Shown here: one piece after another, positions 23,306 through 32,000 of the stretch
How positions within the stretch are numbered: the first letter of the stretch is position 1
Layout of the letters: each line of letters begins with the position of its first letter
Source of the DNA: Candidatus Saccharimonadota bacterium
Lineage (GTDB): Archaea; Micrarchaeota; Micrarchaeia; Micrarchaeales; Micrarchaeaceae
Reading direction: 5' to 3'
NCBI GenBank assembly: GCA_021654395.1
Contig: AP024486.1
Span: 330,001 to 362,000 of the forward strand
DNA length: 32,000 nucleotides
Made by a program: the position numbers and the translations under genes
Notes under the pieces: generated by a model
The model's input: only the letters and a program-made list of their open reading frames with translations
What the model was told of the DNA's origin: nothing
Databases searched by the model: none

Positions 23306-26009
23306 CTTCCTTTATACTTTTTATAACAAGATTATATAGCTTCCTAAGCTGCATTCTCTTCTCTTCAATCATTGTTACATCTGCATGTCCAAATGTTATT
23401 ATGTTATGTGAGAATGGCGATGGATATCTAGTCTTTATAAAGACAACCTTTATATCACCCTTCTTTATAAGATCCAAGATCTTTTCAGTATTCCTTATAT
23501 CCATAGTATCCTCAAAGATCTCTCTATATGTCTCTTTAAGTATTGGAAAGTCCGGATACTCCTCCTTTATAACCTTTAGAACGCTCATAGCATTAAGTTG
23601 CTGCTTTCTTACAGTTATATTTCTCTCTATATACCTTCTTAGTATCATGAAGCCTCTTGCTGCAACATGCCTGAACTTCCTCTTCATAAGCTCAGTGTTT
23701 ATTATATTCCTTCTAAGTAATGCAAGCCTATCCTTATTTATTATCTCATTAAATAGTTCTTCTATTGTATCCTTATCTATAGCATCTTTAAAGTAGCTAT
23801 CTATCTCAAATAGGAAGCCATTATCATTTACAAGTATTCTTATATCAGTATCCAGCTTCTCAGCAAGTATAGTACTAAGCATTCTTGATAGAGTATCATT
23901 AACTCTTCTACCAAAAAGTGAATGAAATATTATGTAGAATGTGTCTTTATTGTCTATATTATCTGTTAGCTCAGCAAGTATCTCTTTATCACTTCCTATC
24001 TCCTTGCAGTACTTATACTGCTCCACGAAGTATCTCAATATCGCTTCTTTGCCTTCATCGTTTGTAGGTAGATTGTCTAAAACCTTCTTAATTCTTTGAT
24101 TAGCTGATCTATAATTAGCGTATATACTTAGCTCTTTAATATTATCCTTAACAAGATCAAACATCAGTCTTCTGAACTCACCTATCTTTAGAGCCAGATC
24201 AAAGCTTAAAGGTAGCTCTTCAGAGAACCATGGCGGTATAGTTGGCTGCTTAGAGTCGGATCTCACAACATAGCAGTTATTCAATCTGCTATACTGAAAC
24301 TTATATAGCTTCCCGCCAAGAGTAAATATATCCCCTGGCTTCAGCTTCTCTAGAAACTCCTCTTCAATAGTTCCTATCCATTTCTTGTTCTCTAGAGATA
24401 TAACATTTATAGATACCTCATCCGGTATGGTTCCCGTATTCTGAAAGTATATCACTCTAACAGTCTTACCTCTCTTACCAAATCTGTTATCCTCTAGCCA
24501 TATCTTTGCATATACCTTTCTACTTTCTAAGCTTACGTACTCCCCAGCAAGATACTTCAATACAGATAGATAGTCTTCCTTACTTAGATCTTTATATGGA
24601 TATGCAGATCTTATTAGCATAAATGCATCATCTACATCCCACACATCCTCTATAGCCATTCCAACTATATGCTGCGCTAATACATCTAAGCAGTTTCTTG
24701 GCATCTGGAAAGAATCTAGATACCTATTTACTCCATAGTATGACATTATGGAGCATTCTATTAAATCGTCTCTATTCATTACTATAAACTGGCCTCTGGC
24801 TGTAGCTTTATAAGAGTGACCAGATCTTCCTATTCTTTGTATGGCCCTTGTTATACTCTTTGGTGATCCTACCTGTATAACATCATCTATGCTTCCTATA
24901 TCTATTCCAAGCTCTAAGCTTGTAGATGTTACAACGCATTTGAACTTACCTTTCTTTAGGTTCTCTTCTACCTCTAGCCTTACATTTCTAGATAATGAGC
25001 TATGATGTGCAGCTATCTCTTCATCCTTAAATCCGAATCTTCTCTTAAGATTAAATACAACTCTTTCTGTTCCGCTTCTTGTATTTGTAAAGATCAATGT
25101 AGTCCTATGCTGTTGTACTATATCATTGATAAGCTTATAAGCCTTATCTTCTATCTCTGTTTCATTTATATTTATTAGATCTCTTGCTGGACTTAATGTC
25201 TTTATATCAAACTTCTTACTCCAGCCAGCATTTACAACTAGACACTCTCTAGGCTCACCATTAGATAGCCCAACAAGGAACTTTGCAGCCTCATCTAATG
25301 GATATATTGTTGCGCTTAGACCTATTCTTATAAGCTCGTTCTCTGCTAATCTCTGCAGCCTCTCTAGAGATAATGATAGATGAACTCCTCTCTTACTACT
25401 TACAAGCTCGTGAAGCTCATCCACTATAACATATCTGACTGTCTTAAAGGCTTCCTTAAACTTTGTTGTAGATAATGCTATTGATAGAGTCTCAGGTGTT
25501 GTTATAAGTATATTTGGTGGCTTTCTAAGCTGCTTCTGTCTATCACTTGCAGTTGTGTCTCCTGTTCTTATACCGATGCTTATCTTCTTTAGCTCCACTC
25601 CATATCTATCTTTTATCATATTATAGATCTCTTCTATTGGCTCTGTTAGATTTCTATATATATCATTATTTAATGACCTTAATGGCGATACATAAACACA
25701 GTATATCTTATCATCTAGCTGATTCCTTTCAGCAAGGTCTATAAGCTTGCTTATTATAGCTAAGAAGCCAGCTAGAGTCTTACCAGAGCCTGTAGGTGCA
25801 GTAACAAGTATATTATGCCCTTCACTTATTATCTTGAATGTATATAGCTGTGGCGGTGTCAGCTCCTTGAACTTAGATCTAAACCACTCTCTGACATAAT
25901 GATTTAATACGCTTAAGCTTTCCTCTTCAGTAAATGGCTTATCAACTAGCTTTATCATATTCTTTAAATTAACTAAGTATATTAATAATATCTTACGCTT
26001 AGGTATCAT
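23292..26009 (-). CDS. lhr: Lhr-type ATP-dependent DExH helicase
   Basis: Motif I APTGSGKTLAGF, motif II VIVDELHEL, motif III GLSATI, motif VI QRIGRSGH. The long C-terminal region is typical of Lhr (DEAD-associated domain). The track start 26009 shares a CATG with the divergent gene. The internal ATG at 25958 (MIKLVDKPFTEEESLSVLNHYVREWF...) is the more likely start. Confidence 0.85.
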   Translation of the reverse strand: MIPKRKILLIYLVNLKNMIKLVDKPFTEEESLSVLNHYVREWFRSKFKELTPPQLYTFKIISEGHNILVTAPTGSGKTLAGFLAIISKLIDLAERNQLDDKIYCVYVSPLRSLNNDIYRNLTEPIEEIYNMIKDRYGVELKKISIGIRTGDTTASDRQKQLRKPPNILITTPETLSIALSTTKFKEAFKTVRYVIVDELHELVSSKRGVHLSLSLERLQRLAENELIRIGLSATIYPLDEAAKFLVGLSNGEPRECLVVNAGWSKKFDIKTLSPARDLININETEIEDKAYKLINDIVQQHRTTLIFTNTRSGTERVVFNLKRRFGFKDEEIAAHHSSLSRNVRLEVEENLKKGKFKCVVTSTSLELGIDIGSIDDVIQVGSPKSITRAIQRIGRSGHSYKATARGQFIVMNRDDLIECSIMSYYGVNRYLDSFQMPRNCLDVLAQHIVGMAIEDVWDVDDAFMLIRSAYPYKDLSKEDYLSVLKYLAGEYVSLESRKVYAKIWLEDNRFGKRGKTVRVIYFQNTGTIPDEVSINVISLENKKWIGTIEEEFLEKLKPGDIFTLGGKLYKFQYSRLNNCYVVRSDSKQPTIPPWFSEELPLSFDLALKIGEFRRLMFDLVKDNIKELSIYANYRSANQRIKKVLDNLPTNDEGKEAILRYFVEQYKYCKEIGSDKEILAELTDNIDNKDTFYIIFHSLFGRRVNDTLSRMLSTILAEKLDTDIRILVNDNGFLFEIDSYFKDAIDKDTIEELFNEIINKDRLALLRRNIINTELMKRKFRHVAARGFMILRRYIERNITVRKQQLNAMSVLKVIKEEYPDFPILKETYREIFEDTMDIRNTEKILDLIKKGDIKVVFIKTRYPSPFSHNIITFGHADVTMIEEKRMQLRKLYNLVIKSIKEDDTR
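25977..25990. promoter_or_regulatory. Candidate shared bidirectional TATA region (GTATATTAATAATA) between lhr and the 26008 gene
   Basis: AT-only TATA-like element about 20-30 nt from both the minus-strand ATG 25958 and the plus-strand ATG 26008/26017, consistent with leaderless transcripts. Positional inference only. Confidence 0.3.
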
Positions 26010-26757
26010 GTTAGATATGGAAGAAGGGCTTAATTACTTATACAGAAATCTTATAAGAGCAGTTACAGAGTACTATATAGATAATAATGAGCAGAAGCTA
26101 CACGATGCAGTAGAAAGTATATATAGTGCAATAGAGAGCATAACAGAAGCAAGTAGTAGGAGCGAGAGCTTGAATCTCCTTATATCTACTTTAATACCTA
26201 TAGAGGCCTCTACTATAGACAGCTTTATAGATAGTAAGCTATATGGAGCAGCATTAGCTCTTTATACCTCTACAAAGACTAAAAAGAGTATGTCGCTAAT
26301 AGATCTAAAGTATATTACTAATATTCTAGTTGCCTTCTCTCTATTAAGATCCAAAGATCAGAACCTTAACGATATAAACAGCTCTATAATAATAGAGCTC
26401 TTAGATGTATACTGTAATATAAGAGATATTGATATTAAAATAGTTAATAAAGAGCTAATTGAAAGCTTAATAAAAGCAGGTCTCATTATAAGCATTATAG
26501 ACTATATAGTAACTCAGCTAAAGTGCTCTGATATAAAGAAGATAAGCGAAGCAGTATTACTAAGATATAATGATCAGCTAGATAAACTTAGCTCAATCGG
26601 AGAGATAATAAGAGAGTCAGTCAGGGGCTTAGTAAGCATGGTTATGCAAAGCAAAGATGCTATAGAGAGCTTCATCTATAAGAATAGAGAGCAGATATAT
26701 CTAACTAATAGCTATATTAATAGTATAATATCTAATATGAATAATGTAGATCAATGA
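26008..26757 (+). CDS. Hypothetical all-helical protein
   Basis: 249 aa with no motif recognised. Ile/Ser/Leu-rich, helical-looking sequence. The stop overlaps the gatE start (ATGA). Confidence 0.5.
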   Translation: MLDMEEGLNYLYRNLIRAVTEYYIDNNEQKLHDAVESIYSAIESITEASSRSESLNLLISTLIPIEASTIDSFIDSKLYGAALALYTSTKTKKSMSLIDLKYITNILVAFSLLRSKDQNLNDINSSIIIELLDVYCNIRDIDIKIVNKELIESLIKAGLIISIIDYIVTQLKCSDIKKISEAVLLRYNDQLDKLSSIGEIIRESVRGLVSMVMQSKDAIESFIYKNREQIYLTNSYINSIISNMNNVDQ

Positions 26758-28595
26758 TATATATGTATAATTATGAAGAGCTCGGCTTTAAGTGCGGTCT
26801 AGAGATACATCAAAGGCTAAAATCTAAAGGTAAGCTATTCTGCTCTTGCGATAGTAGTATATCAAACGATATGGAGATAGGAGAGGTATTTAGATATCAG
26901 AGAGCAGTAGCTGGCGAGCTCGGCTCAGTAGATATAGCTGCAGAGGTAGAATCAGAGAAGAGAAGCAGATATATATACAAGATATATGATAGATCAACAT
27001 GCTTAGTAGATATAGATGAGGAGCCACCGCATCAGATAAACCAAGAGGCTTTAATGACAGCATTAATAATAGCTAAATCTCTGAATATGCATATTGTAGA
27101 CGAGATTCAAGTAATGCGCAAGATGGTCTTAGATGGTAGTGATCCCACATCATTCCAGAGGAGTGCATTAATAGGCTTAGATGGATATATAAAGCTTAAT
27201 AGTAAAGAGATGGGAATCTCTTCTGCCTTTCTAGAGGAAGAGTCAGCAGGTATATTAGAAAAGAAGGAGAATGCTGTTATCTACTCAACTCAAAGGCTGG
27301 GCGTTCCATTAATAGAGATAGATACAGATCCTACTATAGCAAACCCTACAGAAGCTAGAGATCTTGCGATGAGGATAGGCATACTACTAAGACTTACAAA
27401 CAGAGTTCAAAGAGGAATAGGTAGTATAAGGCAAGATGTAAATGTCTCTATTAAAGATGGCAATAGAGTAGAGATAAAGGGCTTTCAGCAGATAGAGGAT
27501 ATAGATAAGTTTATAGAGAATGAGGTCACTAGACAGAAGAGATTAATAGAGATTAGAGATGAGTTAAGCTCTAGAAGAGCATCCGTTAAGGAGATAATAG
27601 ATGTAACTAGTGTCTTTAAGGATACAAAGTCTAAGATAATAAGGAGCGCGATAGATAATAATGGCTTAGTTTTAGCATTCGGTCTAGAAGGATTCAAGGG
27701 CTTACTCGGAAGAGAGGTAAATCCAGATAGAAGATTGGGAAGCGAGATAAGCGATTATGCTAAGTTAGCTGGATTAAATGGCATAATACATAGCGATGAA
27801 GATCTTAATAGATATATGATATCTGAATCAGAGATTAAAGAGCTTATAAGTAGATTGGGTATCAGTAAGGATGATTCATTTATAATAGTAGCTGGAGATC
27901 CCGGCAAGGTTAAAAATGCAGCCAAGCTCGCTAAGATGAGAGCAGAGCTTGCAATTAAGCAGGTACCAAAAGAGACAAGAGCAGTACTAGATCAGAAGAG
28001 ATTCACAACTAAAGTTTTAAGACCTCTACCAGGTAGCTCAAGGATGTATCCAGAGACAGATATTAAACCAATAAGAACAGTGTATATACTAAAGGAGATA
28101 GAGGATCAGAGAGTAGATATAGATAAGGTAGAGTCTGATCTATATAAAGAGCTCGGTAATAAAGAGCTAATTAATAACCTAATAAGGTCTAGATACTTTT
28201 ATATATATCAAGAGATAAGTAGCGCTCTTGATATAAGAGCGAAGCAAGCATTAGCAATAATACTAACACAAGTATTTAATGAGCTAAGATTATCTGAAGA
28301 TATAGATGAAGAAGGTATAAATAGAATTAAGTCCTCTATTGAGCTATATCAACAGAATAAGATAACTAGAAAAGCCTTATTCGAGCTAGTAAAGTATGCA
28401 ATTAGCTCTAGTGAACCTCTAGAGCTAATAATTAAAGATAAGCGGCTTTATAAGCTCAGTATAGAGGATCTGAGAAGAGAGATAGCATCATTAAATGCTT
28501 CAAGCCCAGATATATTAAAAAGAGGGCTATTGAAAAGGTATCCTTTAAACATAGATATAGAAGAGTTAGACAAGGTAATAAAAGAGATAAGCTAA
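26754..28595 (+). CDS. gatE: Glutamyl-tRNA(Gln) amidotransferase subunit E
   Basis: YEELGFKCGLEIHQRL...KLFC is the conserved GatE/GatB N-terminus. It has the archaeal GatE-specific insertion and a YqeY-like tail. 613 aa. Confidence 0.9.
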   Translation: MIYMYNYEELGFKCGLEIHQRLKSKGKLFCSCDSSISNDMEIGEVFRYQRAVAGELGSVDIAAEVESEKRSRYIYKIYDRSTCLVDIDEEPPHQINQEALMTALIIAKSLNMHIVDEIQVMRKMVLDGSDPTSFQRSALIGLDGYIKLNSKEMGISSAFLEEESAGILEKKENAVIYSTQRLGVPLIEIDTDPTIANPTEARDLAMRIGILLRLTNRVQRGIGSIRQDVNVSIKDGNRVEIKGFQQIEDIDKFIENEVTRQKRLIEIRDELSSRRASVKEIIDVTSVFKDTKSKIIRSAIDNNGLVLAFGLEGFKGLLGREVNPDRRLGSEISDYAKLAGLNGIIHSDEDLNRYMISESEIKELISRLGISKDDSFIIVAGDPGKVKNAAKLAKMRAELAIKQVPKETRAVLDQKRFTTKVLRPLPGSSRMYPETDIKPIRTVYILKEIEDQRVDIDKVESDLYKELGNKELINNLIRSRYFYIYQEISSALDIRAKQALAIILTQVFNELRLSEDIDEEGINRIKSSIELYQQNKITRKALFELVKYAISSSEPLELIIKDKRLYKLSIEDLRREIASLNASSPDILKRGLLKRYPLNIDIEELDKVIKEIS

Positions 28596-29165
28596 CTATC
28601 TTATCTCGAGCTTTCTGAGCTCTTGATATACTAATACAGCTATATTCTTTGTTATGTTCTTTATCTCGCTCTGATACTTACCTTCAACGACATCTGTTAT
28701 TATCTCATCAGTATTCATCTTGCTGAATCTATTAACCGTCATATCTCTTACAATCTTTCTAATATCTTTCTTCTTAGGCTCTGGCAGTCTATTATCAGAG
28801 ACTAGAAATGTCTTTACTCTTACCTTTCTATTATCCTTTGTCTCAACGTCAAATACATCCTCTATTAAGCTTCTTCCCTTTCTTATTAGAGATTGTAGGT
28901 ATGGTAATGGCTCCTCTATCGCTTCTACATCAGTATAAGCTTTATCTCCTTCTATCTTTCTTATTCTTAGCTTTATAAACTTGAAGTAGTGCTCTGGATT
29001 GCCTGTTAAGTTATTTATACTATAATATAGTGTTCTATTTATAGCCTTCTCTGGCTCATTCGCAGGTATCTCTGCGATAACTTTATTATCAAATAGCTTG
29101 GGTGCAACAACCTTAAGCCATACCTTATCCTTTAACTTTGATTGCGGCCTTTTCTGCTCTGCCAT
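28596..29165 (-). CDS. rps3ae: 30S ribosomal protein eS1 (S3Ae)
   Basis: KDKVWLKVVAPKLFDNKVIAEIPANEPEKAINRTL is the typical S3Ae N-terminus. A perfect TAAGGTGAT SD lies 5 nt upstream. Its stop abuts the gatE stop with 0 nt between. Confidence 0.9.
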   Translation of the reverse strand: MAEQKRPQSKLKDKVWLKVVAPKLFDNKVIAEIPANEPEKAINRTLYYSINNLTGNPEHYFKFIKLRIRKIEGDKAYTDVEAIEEPLPYLQSLIRKGRSLIEDVFDVETKDNRKVRVKTFLVSDNRLPEPKKKDIRKIVRDMTVNRFSKMNTDEIITDVVEGKYQSEIKNITKNIAVLVYQELRKLEIR

Positions 29166-29176
29166 ATTGTATCACC

Positions 29177-29641
29177 TTATGCGTTGCCCTTAATTAATAG
29201 CTCTGCTGTCTCTGGATCATACTTCCAAGAAGCAGGCAGCTTATTATTATCTCTATAGTATCTTACAAGTCTCCATATCTTACTCTCTATTAAAGCAAGA
29301 TTCCTCTTGTTGTGTATATCCTTATGATTCTGCTCAAGATGCTTTCTAACATTAACTGCTTTCTTTATTAGATCTAACAGATCAGAGGGTATAACTGGCT
29401 TCATTGCATGCTCTTCTAGAATCTTTACTACTCTCTTACCTGTTGCATGCCTTACAGATTTAATACCATGCTTATCTTTAAGTATCTGTCCTATCTGGGC
29501 AGGGCTATAACCCTTTCTAGCATAATCAACAATAAGCCTCTCTATCTCTTCTTTAGCTACACCAAAATCCTCAAGCTCTCCAGTAAAGTGAGGCTTTCTT
29601 GATTTTGATCTTCCTCTAGCATACTTATGAAGCCTAGACAT
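29177..29641 (-). CDS. rps15: 30S ribosomal protein uS15 (S15P/S13e)
   Basis: MSRLHKYARGRSKSRKP... N-terminus and the C-terminal HLEQNHKDIHNKRNLALIESKIWRLVRYY are typical of archaeal S15. Confidence 0.9.
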   Translation of the reverse strand: MSRLHKYARGRSKSRKPHFTGELEDFGVAKEEIERLIVDYARKGYSPAQIGQILKDKHGIKSVRHATGKRVVKILEEHAMKPVIPSDLLDLIKKAVNVRKHLEQNHKDIHNKRNLALIESKIWRLVRYYRDNNKLPASWKYDPETAELLIKGNA

Positions 29642-29762
29642 CTAATCACGTATAATAGGTATTAATTCTAGTAATTTTTAAAAATTTATATTAAGGCTAG
29701 AATAAATATATTTAACAAATGAATAATTATATTAATATATAAGCCTTATTAAGCTTAACCAT

Positions 29763-29849
29763 GCCAGGGTGGCGGAATCCGGTAACGCGCCAGACTCGAG
29801 ATCTGGTTTCCCTTCACGGGAAGTCTGGGTTCAAATCCCAGCCCTGGCG
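29763..29849 (+). tRNA. tRNA-Ser (anticodon CGA), class II with long variable arm
   Basis: Acceptor GCCAGGG/CCCTGGC plus discriminator G, anticodon arm CCAGA-CTCGAGA-TCTGG, variable arm TTTCCCTTCACGGGAAGT (stem CCC/GGG), T arm CTGGG-TTCAAAT-CCCAG. No intron. Confidence 0.9.
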
Positions 29850-29924
29850 TTTTGGATAATTTTTATTGCAAAAGTACTTAAATTAATATATAATAATCTA
29901 CATTTAGAAATTAAGTGGCTCGAT

Positions 29925-30275
29925 ATGATTATAGATAAAGATAAAGAGCAAGATGCCATAATTAAGATACTAGAGGATCAAAGCAACAATGCTATAAATA
30001 GATCTATAGCTGGCATAATATACGTAGTTGCATCACAGCGTTATATTGGCGCAACATGGGAGGAGATAGAAAGCTTCTTAGAGCATATTCTTAATGTAAG
30101 ATTAGATGCAGAGATAATCTCTCGGCAGTTAAATCTGCTAATTGATAATAACATAATAACATATGATAAAGAAAGAGATCTCTACTTCCTAAGTAAGAAA
30201 TATAAGAATATGCAATTAAAAGAGATCTTTGAAGATACTGAAATTAAAATATTATTAAAGGCTAATGTTATATAA
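29925..30275 (+). CDS. Small hypothetical protein, possibly winged-helix DNA-binding
   Basis: The track ORF (29769) begins inside tRNA-Ser, so internal ATG 29925 (MIIDKDKEQDAIIKILED...) is used. ATWEEIESFL...IISRQLNLLIDNNIITYDKERDLYFLS has a helix-turn-helix plus beta-wing appearance. No family recognised. Confidence 0.4.
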   Translation: MIIDKDKEQDAIIKILEDQSNNAINRSIAGIIYVVASQRYIGATWEEIESFLEHILNVRLDAEIISRQLNLLIDNNIITYDKERDLYFLSKKYKNMQLKEIFEDTEIKILLKANVI

Positions 30276-30284
30276 ACAATAGAT

Positions 30285-30938
30285 CTAATGCATTATGCCT
30301 TTTAATAGCTCTTCTGCTTTATCTATAGCTTCGTTTATATCATTAACAAGGAAGACATTATCATTACTACTTATACTGCTATAACTTATATCATTCCATC
30401 TTTTTATTAATATCAATCTTTGATTGCTATCTTTTAATCTCTTTAATGCATAATCTTTAAGAAAGCTTGGAGAGTCATCTATTATTATCTTATGCCCTAA
30501 CATGAGCTTAGCATATCCATGCATATCAAGAGAAAGTCTGTCTAAGATTATTACTTTTGAACGTTCTATTATATTAGGAAAGTTTGATCTAAACCAGCTT
30601 TCTAGTGGCTTTGAAAAGCTTGAATCCCTTGCAGTTACAAAGTCTATACTACCAGCTATCTCTATAAGCTGAATTAGACGTTTCTCCTCAATCAACGGCT
30701 TTAACTCATCAGTATGTTCGAACCATAGCTCCCTATAACACTCCAGATACTGCGAGTTTGTTATTCCTTTTTCATTGAAGTATCTACTATCTCCTTTTAT
30801 TCCAAATTTTATCTCAGCAAGTTTAATAACAGAATGTGTAATTCCTACTATTGTATCATCTATATCTAAAGCCAACTTGCTTTTTATATCTCGTCTTTTA
30901 GCTGCATCTTCTGGGTCTCTTAAGATGAGTAGGTTCAT
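30285..30938 (-). CDS. HAD-superfamily hydrolase (5'-nucleotidase-like)
   Basis: DxDxT motif I in LALDIDDTIVG. A later FVTARD (motif II-like Thr) and IIIDDSP (motif IV-like acidic pair). 217 aa. Confidence 0.5.
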   Translation of the reverse strand: MNLLILRDPEDAAKRRDIKSKLALDIDDTIVGITHSVIKLAEIKFGIKGDSRYFNEKGITNSQYLECYRELWFEHTDELKPLIEEKRLIQLIEIAGSIDFVTARDSSFSKPLESWFRSNFPNIIERSKVIILDRLSLDMHGYAKLMLGHKIIIDDSPSFLKDYALKRLKDSNQRLILIKRWNDISYSSISSNDNVFLVNDINEAIDKAEELLKGIMH

Positions 30939-31305
30939 ATACTATCAGTATAATTTAATTTAATAAAGCTTTTTATTAAATTTTTATTAGCAGTTTTACA
31001 GGAAATTCTTTATTTACTTTCATTAAGTTACAAGGCAGCTTTGATAATTGTTAAGTTGCGTTACCTTTGAGGCAGATATCTTAATTATACTAACTTAATA
31101 CACAAGACGAATATTTAAAATAGAGTTAGCGTTTCGATGTAAATGATTTTATATGGCTTCCTCTATGGTATCGCCTACGAATTTTAATAATTAAGCACGG
31201 CTTATTTTATTAAAAAAATTTACTTAAAGTAATAAAAAAGCTCAAGAGTAAGAAAAAGGTAATAACTTTTTATTAAAAAGATACTTTATTACAAAAGTAT
31301 ATACT

Positions 31306-32000
31306 ATGAATTATATGAATCCAAAAGATATCAATAGAATATTTGATTATATAAAAAATAAAGATAATTTTGATGCAACTAATGAAGGAAATGCATTAAC
31401 TCAGATGCAAAAGCTTATATCTCATATAAATATAAAACTTGAGTATTTTAAAGATTTTAAGAAGCTTGAAGATGAGATTGTTCATTTTAAACATATACAT
31501 GCTATATTAAGCAGTAATGAATTAGAAGATCTTAAAAAGAAGATAAGAGATGTAGAGCTTGCTTCTAATGCAGATGAGAAGAAAAAAGAGCTTGCTGAAA
31601 AATTTAAGAATAATGAGATATCTGAAGATGATTTTATTAAACAATTAGATGAAATAAATAAAAAGCCCGAAGAAGAGTTTTCAAAAGATAATATTCGTGT
31701 AAAGATTAAAAATATAATAAATCATTATTATGTTCCTGTTATTATATCAGAAAATGAAAAGATTAGCTATCTGACTCATATAATTAAGGTAGAAAGTGAA
31801 GTTAAGTTTTTAGAGAAGCTTGAAGAGTATGTTAAATCTAATGAGATAGAATGCGATTACTGGTTCTTCTCTAAGATAGATGAAGATTTAGACAAGGTCT
31901 ATATACCTTATTACAACAAAGAAGAGAACAGAGAATCAAGATTCTATCCAGATTTTATATTTTGGATTAAGAAAGGAAATGATTATTATATAGTTTTTGT
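31306..32000 (+). CDS. Hypothetical protein, 5' part (runs off the right edge); coiled-coil N-region plus restriction-endonuclease-like (PD-(D/E)xK) C-region
   Basis: Not in the ORF track (no stop in window). ATG 31306 opens MNYMNPKDINRIFDYIKNKDNF... with no stop to 32000. The distal part ...IIKVESEVKFLEKLEEYVKSNEIECDYWFFSKIDEDLDKVYIPYYNKEENRESRFYPDFIFWIKKGNDYYIVF follows the E-x-E...Y.PDF...hhh(E.K) layout of nuclease domains at the C-termini of type III Res-like proteins. The expected E-x-K would lie just beyond the window. Markedly lower GC than neighbouring genes. Confidence 0.45.
   Translation, partial: MNYMNPKDINRIFDYIKNKDNFDATNEGNALTQMQKLISHINIKLEYFKDFKKLEDEIVHFKHIHAILSSNELEDLKKKIRDVELASNADEKKKELAEKFKNNEISEDDFIKQLDEINKKPEEEFSKDNIRVKIKNIINHYYVPVIISENEKISYLTHIIKVESEVKFLEKLEEYVKSNEIECDYWFFSKIDEDLDKVYIPYYNKEENRESRFYPDFIFWIKKGNDYYIVF

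Noticed and set aside
23245-23796. 183-aa + strand ORF, plus the other antisense ORFs in the track (1153-1371, 1672-1956, 2503-2847, 6502-6684, 7903-8154, 8933-9187, 9853-10071, 11043-11240, 11640-11969, 13453-14109 set, 14915-15172, 16503-16739, 17903-18118, 18294-18605, 18786-19097, 21193-21468, 25547-25744, 27485-27697, 28720-28938, 30775-30963)
   Set aside because: Each lies wholly or mostly within a longer opposite-strand or same-region gene that has clear family motifs or paralog support. Their products are low-complexity Ser/Leu/Phe/Ile strings expected from antisense reading of AGA/AAG/GAA-rich genes.
26007-26010. CATG shared by the divergent start codons of lhr (-) and the 26008 gene (+)
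   Set aside because: It would leave no promoter for either gene. The Lhr N-terminal 17 residues (MIPKRKILLIYLVNLKN) look non-native, and an internal ATG at 25958 with a TATA-like element at the right distance is more plausible.
29769-29924. N-terminal 52 codons of the 168-aa ORF after rps15
   Set aside because: This part is the tRNA-Ser gene read as protein (MAESGNAPDSRSGFPSREVWVQIPALA...). The real CDS most likely starts at ATG 29925.
1-32000. CRISPR arrays, IS elements or transposases, rRNA genes, C/D-box sRNAs
   Set aside because: No regularly spaced direct repeats, no terminal inverted repeats flanking a transposase-like ORF, and no rRNA-like conserved stretches were seen. I spotted no convincing RUGAUGA...CUGA box pairs in the intergenic regions I read, but this was an eye scan and not exhaustive.

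Overview
AT-rich (about 30-35% GC by eye), extremely gene-dense archaeal chromosome segment. Archaeal hallmarks are archaeal-type DnaG, GatE, an HMf-type histone, ribosomal proteins uL30/uL15/eS1/uS15, class I HMG-CoA reductase and GGTGAT-type Shine-Dalgarno motifs. Many genes abut or overlap by 0-21 nt and the S5-L30-L15-SecY ribosomal context is broken, which suggests a small, streamlined genome; the lineage cannot be named from this window. Most of the window is housekeeping: GT4 glycosyltransferase, peroxiredoxin, dCTP deaminase, MscS channel, UPF0104 flippase-like protein, MBL/beta-CASP-like nuclease, ABC-2 exporter pair, site-2 protease, Lhr helicase plus PdeM-like phosphoesterase, HAD hydrolase. 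I also call tRNA-Ala(CGC), tRNA-Ser(CGA) and a compact RNase P RNA on the minus strand that the ORF track masks with a spurious ORF. The standout is a 9.5-kb, seven-gene, same-strand operon (11026-20516) lying exactly between tRNA-Ala and the RNase P RNA. It encodes one membrane-anchored, mostly cytoplasmic helical protein followed by six tandem paralogous polytopic membrane proteins with Ser/Gly/Pro linkers, paired cysteines and three shared sequence blocks. I see no recognisable enzymatic, ATPase or pilin motif in it, so I flag it as a candidate undescribed membrane or cell-surface system. Two edge-truncated genes missing from the ORF track are added: 1-309 minus, and 31306-32000 plus. The latter is a very AT-rich ORF with a restriction-endonuclease-like C-terminal pattern.
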